Part shown: positions 1 to 6,166 of the stretch, one piece after another
Layout: every line of letters starts with the position of its first letter
Numbering within the stretch: the first letter of the stretch is position 1
Origin: a virus
Taxonomy: Duplodnaviria > Heunggongvirae > Uroviricota > Caudoviricetes
Virus record (IMG/VR): IMGVR_UViG_2690316115_000018
Strand: one strand, 5' to 3'
Length of the DNA: 7,865 nucleotides
Position numbers and translations under genes: made by a program
Notes under the pieces: generated by a model
Told to the model about the DNA's origin: nothing
Databases searched by the model: none
What the model saw: only the letters and a program-made list of their open reading frames with translations

Positions 1-330
1 GATAACAGAGGGCGTTGCAGCGGGGTTGTCACTTAAGCGTATGGTCAACCTGACAACCCGGTGTCCTCAACGGGGAAGGAATAACCCCTCCATACTTACC
101 GCCGCGCCATTTCGCGGATTGCCACAACCGGAAGCGCACGGTCGACGAAAATTTAACGACAGGCTATCTATGAACCAGCTACCTCGCCGTGCGCTTTCGC
201 GTTATGGTCTGACTTTTCAGAGAAATATCCTTTCAGTAAACTGTCAGTGCCGGATGTTCACCCGTGTCCGGCGCACGCACTCCACTTCACCCGTGGAGAA
301 CTCCTTAATTACCAACCCTCAGGAGGGTGA

Positions 331-564
331 ATGTTAAAATCAACTCTTATTGCTAAATGCCTTTATCAAAATCGCATGGTAAGCAGCATTTCAATAGGCG
401 AGTCTGCAGTTAAAAGTATTTTCGAAGAGTACTTTCCCGGGCATGATTTTAATAAATGGAATACCAAATTACCGCCAGCAGTTTCAACGCGTATTCTGAA
501 AGCAACCGAAAGAGCAAGTACAATTCGCGTTAACTATTTCATTAAAGATTTGTGGGATCTTTGA
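331..564 (+). CDS. hypothetical small protein (77 aa), AT-rich, convergent with early-left operon
   Basis: ATG at 331 preceded by AGGAGG (317-322) about 8 nt upstream; low-GC composition; 3' end overlaps the 3' end of minus-strand ORF 542..949 by 23 nt; no recognisable domain. Confidence 0.45.
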   Translation: MLKSTLIAKCLYQNRMVSSISIGESAVKSIFEEYFPGHDFNKWNTKLPPAVSTRILKATERASTIRVNYFIKDLWDL

Positions 565-949
565 TATCCACAGAGCCTAAAGTATGTGCATATGGATGTG
601 CTATTATGCGCCCTCGCAGATTTGCATCATTTTCTAAATTCACTGAACGAAACAGGGCATCAACAAGGCTCTGTACAATGCAAAGGCAATCGAAGACTGT
701 CGCCGTTTCTGTTTTGATTGATGAAAGAACATGGCCATTCACGCAAACAGAAATTACCCGTTTATTAACATCGCTTTCCTGCTTTTGATTATCAGAACCA
801 TATAGCCCAGAAAAAGCATTGCGCACATTACGAACCATATTATCGATGGTTTCTTTTTCTGCGGTACTAAGGTCAAGAGTAGCCAGTTGTGAACGAACTA
901 TATTCGATGCCATTTCCTGTAATGGCGTTGGTAAATCTTTAAATTCCAT
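542..949 (-). CDS. hypothetical protein (135 aa), distal gene of early-left operon
   Basis: ORF track; GAGG-type RBS upstream of ATG on minus strand (caacgaggctaatATG); AT-rich; only 22 nt downstream of the preceding minus-strand gene, so probably co-transcribed; no recognisable domain. Confidence 0.55.
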   Translation of the reverse strand: MEFKDLPTPLQEMASNIVRSQLATLDLSTAEKETIDNMVRNVRNAFSGLYGSDNQKQESDVNKRVISVCVNGHVLSSIKTETATVFDCLCIVQSLVDALFRSVNLENDANLRGRIIAHPYAHTLGSVDIKDPTNL

Positions 950-971
950 TATTAGCCTCGTTGGTTAGCTA

Positions 972-1190
972 TTAACGTGGGTATGTAATCATTCTGGCAA
1001 TGCTTAATGCCGCTGCTTTTTCCAGATTGGTGATATCCTGCTCCAGAGCGGACAGATTTTCAGCCTGCTTAGCCCTGGCTTCATTGGCCCATTTCAGGTC
1101 CTGCACCGCCTTAATTTTCTGGTGCATCCACTCATAAAGTTCATCATCGGTATAGTCTGGCGCGATGATGACGGGGTCTCGTTTCTGCAT
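972..1190 (-). CDS. hypothetical protein (72 aa), charged, coiled-coil-like
   Basis: ORF track; strong RBS on minus strand (AAGGAG, 6 nt, ATG); sits in early-left operon between the 118-aa and 135-aa genes. Confidence 0.55.
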   Translation of the reverse strand: MQKRDPVIIAPDYTDDELYEWMHQKIKAVQDLKWANEARAKQAENLSALEQDITNLEKAAALSIARMITYPR

Positions 1191-1262
1191 GTCGGCTCCT
1201 TGTGGTTAGCGTTGCCTGCTTTTTAACCACGTCAGGCGAGGTGGTATCCTCTGAGGGGTCTG

Positions 1263-1619
1263 TTACTCGAGAGGAAATTGGTTATGAATACAATCAAGTT
1301 TTCTTGCCCAGAATGTGGTGGCTAAGTCTTTGACACATCCTTTAAGCCGCAGGGCTCTGACAGTTTCGCGGGAGCCATCTGCAAAAATTGTGGTCACCTT
1401 GTAACTGAAGATGAGTCCTCGCAGTTCGATGACGAAATCGTTGACAATATCTTCGGTGCACTCACCAGAGACTTTCTGAAGTAAAGGCGCATACCGCTTA
1501 GTTACCGCTCTGATAACTCTTACCTGTCCGGCAATGGCGCTGATATCAATATAAAGCGCCATCGCTGTTTCTTTGCTGATCCCTGGACGCCTTCCATTCT
1601 GATGTTTGACTTCGCCCAC
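1263..1619 (-). CDS. hypothetical protein (118 aa), first gene downstream of pL-like promoter; GTG start
   Basis: ORF track; start codon is GTG (plus cac 1617-1619) with GAGGA about 7 nt upstream; alternative internal ATG exists (Met20); no recognisable domain, not N-like. Confidence 0.4.
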   Translation of the reverse strand: MGEVKHQNGRRPGISKETAMALYIDISAIAGQVRVIRAVTKRYAPLLQKVSGECTEDIVNDFVIELRGLIFSYKVTTIFADGSRETVRALRLKGCVKDLATTFWARKLDCIHNQFPLE

Positions 1620-1708
1620 TGAGAAATCCTCTGCTTCCCCTTAACGCCGGGTAGCGGAACTGTTTGCTGAGAACACCGTGCGGTGTCTTGATGAGTAGAA
1701 TTTAGAAT

Positions 1709-1738
1709 AGCCTAAGAGTTATGGTCAAGCTTTTTGTG
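1709..1738 (-). promoter_or_regulatory. pL-like early-left promoter (-35 TTGACC, 18-nt spacer, -10 TAAAAT on minus strand)
   Basis: minus-strand hexamers read directly from sequence (rc of plus 1733-1738 and 1709-1714); located in the 207-bp gap between the repressor gene and the first early-left gene; overlapped by an operator-like inverted repeat. Confidence 0.4.
1711..1726. promoter_or_regulatory. operator-like inverted repeat TTTAG-N6-CTAAG (OL-type)
   Basis: same half-site architecture (TTAG-N6-CTAA) as the two inverted repeats in the dicA-dicC intergenic region; overlaps the putative pL -10 and spacer. Confidence 0.4.
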
Positions 1739-1826
1739 TAGAAAAACCTAAGCTTCTTGATGTAAAAAACACAAGTATTTGAAAGTTTGTGCTTTTTATT
1801 ACAGAGAGTTGCGAAAAAAAGGGGGG

Positions 1827-2234
1827 TTATTTATTTGCGCTTCTTTTGCGAGCTTTGAGTAGTTCTTCAAAAAGTTTGTTGAAATTCTCAACTCGAGCAC
1901 GCATCTCTGACAACAGAGCCTTTTGCTCTGACTCAGGCAGTGCGTCGAACAGTTGAAGCAACTCTTTTTGATCTTCTGTCAGATTGACTGGCTGATTATC
2001 TGGGATCGGTTCGCCTGGTTGCTTATCTTCATCTCCAAAAAGAAGCCAAGTCGGCGAGCACTGAAGCGCCTGGCTCAGTGCGAATAATCTCTTCCCCGCT
2101 GGCTGTGTTTCATCTCTTTCCCATTGAGAAATTGTTACGTGAGCCACTTTGACCAGCTTACCTAATGCGGCCTGAGACAGTTTTAATTTTTTTCGCCTGT
2201 ATAAGAGGCGAGCACCGAAGGTTTCGTTTTTCAT
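1827..2234 (-). CDS. dicA: DicA-like XRE-family HTH repressor (prophage immunity repressor, no S24 peptidase domain)
   Basis: 135 aa; N-terminal HTH (LKLSQAALGKLVKVAHVTISQWERDETQP); motifs FALSQALQCSPTWLLFGDEDKQP and NFNKLFEELLKARKR match my recollection of E. coli K-12 DicA; divergent from a Cro-like gene across an operator-rich spacer. Confidence 0.85.
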   Translation of the reverse strand: MKNETFGARLLYRRKKLKLSQAALGKLVKVAHVTISQWERDETQPAGKRLFALSQALQCSPTWLLFGDEDKQPGEPIPDNQPVNLTEDQKELLQLFDALPESEQKALLSEMRARVENFNKLFEELLKARKRSANK

Positions 2235-2250
2235 ATTAGGTAATTCTAAT
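2235..2250. promoter_or_regulatory. operator-like inverted repeat ATTAG-N6-CTAAT adjacent to dicA start
   Basis: perfect 5-bp arms with 6-bp spacer read directly from sequence; same half-site as 2285-2302 and 1711-1726. Confidence 0.5.
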
Positions 2251-2255
2251 TTTTC

Positions 2256-2284
2256 TTGACTTAGGTTTCTCTACGATCTAGTTT
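2256..2284 (+). promoter_or_regulatory. PR-like promoter for the cro-like gene (-35 TTGACT 2256-2261, 17-nt spacer, -10 TAGTTT 2279-2284)
   Basis: hexamers read from sequence; operator half-site CTTAGG (2260-2265) overlaps the -35 and the full operator 2285-2302 abuts the -10. Confidence 0.45.
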
Positions 2285-2302
2285 CCTTAGGAAAATCTAA
2301 GG
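2285..2302. promoter_or_regulatory. operator-like inverted repeat CCTTAG-N6-CTAAGG
   Basis: perfect 6-bp arms, 6-bp spacer; lies between the PR-like -10 and the cro-like RBS. Confidence 0.5.
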
Positions 2303-2310
2303 GGTTCGAT

Positions 2311-2538
2311 ATGTTGAAAATTGATGCTATAGCGTTTTTTGGCAGCAAAACAAAGCTTGCCAATGTCGCAGGAGTTAGGCTGGCAAGCGTTGCTGCATGG
2401 GGGGAACTGGTTCCTGAAGGTCGCGCGATGCGCCTGCAAGAGGCATCCGGCGGGGAACTTCAGTACGACCCCAAAGTTTATGACGAATATCGTAAGGCAA
2501 AGCGGGCGGGGCGGTTGAACAATGAAAATCACCACTGA
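2311..2538 (+). CDS. dicC: DicC / P22-Cro-like small DNA-binding regulator (YdaS family)
   Basis: 75 aa; RBS AAGGGG about 7 nt upstream; C-terminal LVPEGRAMRLQEASGGELQYDPKVY resembles P22 Cro (VIPEKDAYRLEIVTAGALKYQ) and my recollection of K-12 DicC; divergent from dicA-like repressor. Confidence 0.85.
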   Translation: MLKIDAIAFFGSKTKLANVAGVRLASVAAWGELVPEGRAMRLQEASGGELQYDPKVYDEYRKAKRAGRLNNENHH

Positions 2539-3073
2539 ACAGGTTTGTGAGGCTCTGGATACCTGGGTATGCCGACCAGGAATGACACAGGAGCAGGCGA
2601 CGATATTAATCACGGAAGCATTCTGGGCTCTGAAAGAACGCCCGAACATCGATGTTCAACGCGTCACGTTTAATGATGGCGAGGTTGATCAACGGGCGCT
2701 GGGCGTTAACCGGGTGAAGATATTCGAACGCTGGAAAGCTATCGACACCAGAGATAAGCGTGACAAATTCACGGCGCTGATTCCGGCAATTATGGAGGCT
2801 ATCCGGATCAGCGATTTCAGATTGTATTGTGAAATTACTGACGGAAAAAGCATTACGTACATGATCGCCGGGTTAAACAAAGAATATGGCGATGTGGTGG
2901 AGTCCGGGCTGCTTTTTGCGGATCCAGTTGTTGTGGAACGTGAGACTGACGAGCTTATAGAAAAAGCTATTGCTTTCAAGCACGCGTATCGTCAGCAATA
3001 CCAATATTACTTTGCAGATAAACAAATGTCTGCCAGGGGTTCGTATGAGTATCGATGCACTACGATGGGCTAA
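2522..3073 (+). CDS. YdaT/CII-like protein (183 aa) in the cII position
   Basis: ORF track; overlaps cro-like stop by 17 nt; position (cro, this gene, replication genes) and weak motif similarity (MKI..E.., IPAI) to my recollection of Rac YdaT; assignment tentative. Confidence 0.55.
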   Translation: MKITTEQVCEALDTWVCRPGMTQEQATILITEAFWALKERPNIDVQRVTFNDGEVDQRALGVNRVKIFERWKAIDTRDKRDKFTALIPAIMEAIRISDFRLYCEITDGKSITYMIAGLNKEYGDVVESGLLFADPVVVERETDELIEKAIAFKHAYRQQYQYYFADKQMSARGSYEYRCTTMG

Positions 3074-4085
3074 AAAGGTGAAAACCGGCAGTTCATCCAG
3101 TAAGTCAGTATTGACCTGGCTTGCTGATATGTGCGGTGCCGATTTGTGTGCATACCCGTCTGTATCTGCACTGGCAGAAGTAACGGAACTGAACAAAAAG
3201 ACTGTGCAGGACAGCTTACGACACCTGATGGAGATTGGGTTAATTGTTGATACCGGTGAGAGAAAAGGCAGAACAAAGCAAATTGTGGTGTACCGACTTA
3301 TCGGTGTAGAAGAAAGTGTTGCCGAGCCTGAATACACCCAAAAACGGGAGTCTTTAAAGGTGGGTAAAATTGGTGCTGTTAATAAAAACAGTACCGAAAA
3401 TGGTTATGTTTCAGCACAAAACAGACCCAAAAACAGAACTCTTAGCTGCATGGAAAATAACCAAAGACACCCAAATTTTCCATCAAAGACACCCAAAAAC
3501 GGATCACGGAACCCAAAGGAACCCAAAGATCTAAACCCCACACATAACGCACGCGAGAGTGCTCCGACCAGTGAGCAGGAAGTTTTGTCGTTACAGGCAG
3601 CCCCCCCTGTATTCCTGTATGGCCTGAGCGAACCCATCGGAAAATTCCCGATGAGCGATAGCTGGTATCCGTCACGGGATTTTCGACGACGGGCTGCGTT
3701 GTGGGGGATGGCTTTGCCGGAGACAGAATTTACACCTGCTGAACTTGCCGCCTTCCGGGACTACTGGGCAGCGGAGGGGAAAGTGTTTACGCAGATTCAG
3801 TGGGAGCAGAAATTCGCCCGTCACGTAAATCACGTCAGGGCGCAGGTTAAACCAGTCAGCAAAGGGGTAAACCATGCAGCAGCACCAGGTGGCACCGCAT
3901 CACGGGCAGTTCAGGAAATTCGGGCAGCACGTGAGCAGTGGGAACGTGAAAACGGATTTATCAGCGACGGAAACGGCCTGGAAGCTGTGGGAACTCATGG
4001 GGGTGGTTTATTCGAACCGCTGGATCCAGAAGAACGGGGCCGCACCTTCGAAGCTCTGGATTGCACAGATTGGCGCGATGACTGA
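3045..4085 (+). CDS. replication initiator: N-terminal HTH (O-like) fused to a DnaT-like C-terminal domain
   Basis: ATG 3045 with AGGGG 5 nt upstream (longer ORF-track start 2970 lacks RBS); N-terminus is replication-protein-type HTH; C-terminal segment IGKFPMSDSWYPSRDFRRRAALWGMALPETEFTPAELAAFRDYWAAEGKVFTQIQWEQKFAR aligns by eye with my recollection of E. coli DnaT ([61 protein letters not shown]); central low-complexity linker coincides with iteron-like repeats. Confidence 0.8.
   Translation: MSIDALRWAKKVKTGSSSSKSVLTWLADMCGADLCAYPSVSALAEVTELNKKTVQDSLRHLMEIGLIVDTGERKGRTKQIVVYRLIGVEESVAEPEYTQKRESLKVGKIGAVNKNSTENGYVSAQNRPKNRTLSCMENNQRHPNFPSKTPKNGSRNPKEPKDLNPTHNARESAPTSEQEVLSLQAAPPVFLYGLSEPIGKFPMSDSWYPSRDFRRRAALWGMALPETEFTPAELAAFRDYWAAEGKVFTQIQWEQKFARHVNHVRAQVKPVSKGVNHAAAPGGTASRAVQEIRAAREQWERENGFISDGNGLEAVGTHGGGLFEPLDPEERGRTFEALDCTDWRDD
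3424..3540. repeat. iteron-like direct repeats (ACCCAAA core) inside the initiator gene, candidate replication origin
   Basis: GACCCAAAAAC (3424-3434), AAAGACACCCAAA twice (3463-3475, 3485-3497), tandem GGAACCCAAAG (3508-3518, 3518-3528); encodes the linker between the two initiator domains, the position oriLambda occupies in lambda O. Confidence 0.5.
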
Positions 4086-4539
4086 GCAGCAAATCCGGCA
4101 GGTCTGCCGCCAGTGCATGGACCGCTGCCGGGCGGGTGAAACATGGCCTCCGGACCTGGCTGAGTTTGTGGCACTGATTTCGAAAAGCGGAGCCAATCCA
4201 TTCGGTCTGACGGTGGATGCTGTGATGGAGGAGTACCGCCGCTGGCGCAATGAGTCCTGGCGATACGACGGAAGTGATAAGTACCCGTGGTCTCAGCCTG
4301 TGCTGTATCACATTTGCCTCGAGATGCGTTCAAAGGGGATTGAGCGCCAGATGACCGAAGGGGAATTAAAACGGCTTGCAGAACGGCAACTGACGAAATG
4401 GGCAAAGCATGTTAGTAACGGCCTGAGCGTTCCGCCAGTCCGGCGACAACTGGCGGCCCCCAAACGCCCGTCGGGGCCAACGCCAATTGAGTTGCTGAAA
4501 CAGGAATATGAACGCCGGAAAGCGGCTGGTTTTGTTTGA
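3874..4539 (+). CDS. lambda-P-like replication protein (helicase loader); start uncertain
   Basis: motifs ETWPPDLAEFVALI and YPWSQPVLYHICLEMR parallel my recollection of lambda P (PSPGQFVAWCREEA, YPWKSNAHYWLVTNLYQNMR); ATG 3874 has AGGGG 6 nt upstream; alternative starts GTG 3946, ATG 3997, ATG 4078; every start overlaps the initiator gene in another frame. Confidence 0.7.
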   Translation: MQQHQVAPHHGQFRKFGQHVSSGNVKTDLSATETAWKLWELMGVVYSNRWIQKNGAAPSKLWIAQIGAMTEQQIRQVCRQCMDRCRAGETWPPDLAEFVALISKSGANPFGLTVDAVMEEYRRWRNESWRYDGSDKYPWSQPVLYHICLEMRSKGIERQMTEGELKRLAERQLTKWAKHVSNGLSVPPVRRQLAAPKRPSGPTPIELLKQEYERRKAAGFV

Positions 4540-4572
4540 GTTGAGAAGTGATTTTTTACCGGGAGGAAATTT

Positions 4573-5307
4573 ATGGAGACTGTTTTTGACGCACTGAAAG
4601 CGATGGGAAAAGCCACGTCGGTAGAGCTGGCTGCGCGACTTGATATCAGTCGTGAAGAAGTACTGAACGAGCTGTGGGAACTGAAAAAGGCTGGCTTCGT
4701 TGATAAAAGCGTATACACCTGGCGTGTGGCTGATAACAACGTTCAGCAGGAACAGCCAGCGCCAGAAGAAACCACCACGGCAACAGAAGCGAAAATCTCA
4801 GAGTGCGATTTAACCGCGACGATTGAACAACGCGGACCACAAACGGCGGATGAACTGGCTACGCTGTTCGGTACAACATCCCGCAAAGTTGCTTCAACGC
4901 TGGCAATGGCAATCAGCAAAGGTCGTCTGATTCGCGTAAACCAGAACGGTAAAATTCGTTACTGCATACCAGGTGATAATTTACCAGCAGAGCCGAAAGT
5001 TGAATCGGTAGCGGAAACCGATGGTAAAGCCTTTCCTCAGCCAGCCGGTGTTGCGTTACCGGTACAGAAAGATGCAACACAGGAAGATATTAAAACAGAA
5101 ACTGTGGCGGACATTGTGCAGTCGCTGCCATCGTTTACTGCAACGCGAGAAGATGATTTGATTTTGCCATCGCTGCATATGGCAAATCGCGAACTGCGTA
5201 GGGCGAAGAATCATGTCCAGAAGTGGGAGCGAGTCTGCGCCGCGCTGCGGGAGCTGAACAAGCACCGGGATATGGTTGCCGGGATTTGTCGGAAGTCCGG
5301 GCAATGA
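4573..5307 (+). CDS. hypothetical phage protein, winged-helix-like N-terminus (possibly DUF1627-type)
   Basis: 244 aa; GGGAGG RBS 6 nt upstream of ATG; N-terminal 60 aa and a second segment ([31 protein letters not shown]) look like wHTH units; family name is recollection only. Confidence 0.65.
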   Translation: METVFDALKAMGKATSVELAARLDISREEVLNELWELKKAGFVDKSVYTWRVADNNVQQEQPAPEETTTATEAKISECDLTATIEQRGPQTADELATLFGTTSRKVASTLAMAISKGRLIRVNQNGKIRYCIPGDNLPAEPKVESVAETDGKAFPQPAGVALPVQKDATQEDIKTETVADIVQSLPSFTATREDDLILPSLHMANRELRRAKNHVQKWERVCAALRELNKHRDMVAGICRKSGQ

Positions 5308-5468
5308 GCGGATGGTGCAGGCCTGAAATCATGATACTAACAATGAAGGTAAAATGCATCGGCAGTCTGATTGGTCGTAGTGAGGCGGCGGTCAGGATGA
5401 AAGCCCAGGTTAAGGGAATAAGCCTGATTCTGCGGGGTGATTTTCACCAGTCAACAAAATATCCGTAG
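5304..5468 (+). CDS. small ORF (54 aa) with ATGA start/stop overlap to upstream gene
   Basis: ATG 5304-5306 overlaps TGA 5305-5307 of the preceding gene; no recognisable domain; may instead be the first fragment of the frameshifted remnant that follows. Confidence 0.3.
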   Translation: MSGWCRPEIMILTMKVKCIGSLIGRSEAAVRMKAQVKGISLILRGDFHQSTKYP

Positions 5469-5915
5469 CGCGATAACGGTCAAAAATTATGGCGCTGACA
5501 CTTTTGTGCCACTGGAGATGACTGTACCTAAGTTCAGGGGAGAAGAACACGTCCGGTGGGATGGTCGGGCCAGATTTAAAGGGCAGGTCATGGCTCCAGC
5601 CTGTACGCTGGCAATGGAGGCTGCCTGGCGGGAAATTGATATGGGAACCACGCCACTCAGGGATTTACTGCCGGTCCAGAGAATAAATTCCTGTTACGGT
5701 TACACCACTGTGATCTTGCAAGTGCAGGAAAGTAGGTCTACACGGTAACGCGAGTGCGTGTAACTTTTGATGTCATTCCCGTAGAAACACCGGACAAATT
5801 TTCGCTGACAGGTCATGCAGAAGGTATAAATCTGCAGATTATGGACAATTACGGATATCCGGCAAGAGCCGGAAAAAGCATGCCGCCTCTAATTCTCAGT
5901 GGAAGATGGACTTGA
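5437..5915 (+). pseudogene. possible frameshifted gene remnant (open frames 5437-5748 and 5736-5915)
   Basis: GC-normal region whose open reading switches frame twice (frame of 5304, then frame of 5437, then frame of 5769); no good RBS for the 103-aa ORF (GTG start); no family recognised. Confidence 0.25.
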
Positions 5916-5974
5916 TTATACTCATTGCATTGTCAGAAATAGTTATCCATTAAAGGCTGGCTATTCCAAACAGG

Positions 5975-6002
5975 ATGTTGATTACAAAAATGTAATCAAC
6001 AT
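5975..6002. promoter_or_regulatory. 28-bp palindrome ATGTTGATTACA-aaaa-TGTAATCAACAT upstream of the binding-protein gene
   Basis: perfect 12-bp arms read directly; AT-rich region 165 bp upstream of the ATG; a TATAAT hexamer lies at 6029-6034. Confidence 0.4.
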
Positions 6003-6166
6003 GTAAGGTTTATACTCTTCAATATGCGTATAATTTTCCTTATTTTGTTGACTTTAAATAACAAGCTATGCACGAGGTAAAGTCGGATAAGTTTATCTGG
6101 ATGTAATATATATTATTTGTAGTGTTTATAACTTTATTTCATGATAACCAATAAAAGGAGTTTTTT

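Noticed and set aside
1-163. Partial minus-strand ORF running off the left edge (possible GTG start at 139)
   Set aside because: No RBS, random-looking composition, and it lies within the hairpin-rich region; cannot be supported without sequence beyond the window
26-337. 103-aa plus-strand ORF at the window start
   Set aside because: Arg/Pro/Cys-rich random-looking translation, no RBS, spans a region dominated by inverted repeats; more likely non-coding
552-788. 78-aa plus-strand ORF
   Set aside because: Lies antisense within the better-supported 135-aa minus-strand gene and has no RBS; shadow ORF
949-1263. DicF-like sRNA expected within a dicB-type operon
   Set aside because: No sequence resembling my recollection of DicF or its reverse complement, and the intergenic gaps (22 and 72 bp) show no hairpin plus U-tract; the early-left genes here do not look like the K-12 ydfABC-dicF-dicB set
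1263-1619. Lambda-N-like antiterminator for the first early-left gene
   Set aside because: No arginine-rich N-terminal motif and no obvious boxA/boxB nut site in the leader
2287-5359. Fourteen minus-strand ORFs across the cro-to-replication region (2287..2649, 2689..2979, 2873..3337, 3070..3276, 3404..3637, 3442..3675, 3672..3875, 3961..4311, 3995..4405, 4008..4250, 4308..4739, 4646..4840, 5056..5304, 5135..5359)
   Set aside because: All are antisense to well-supported plus-strand genes with recognisable products, lack RBSs and have low-complexity translations; shadow ORFs
5975-6002. FNR or CRP site in the 28-bp palindrome
   Set aside because: TTGAT and ATCAA half-sites are 12 bp apart rather than 4, and no TGTGA-N6-TCACA core is present
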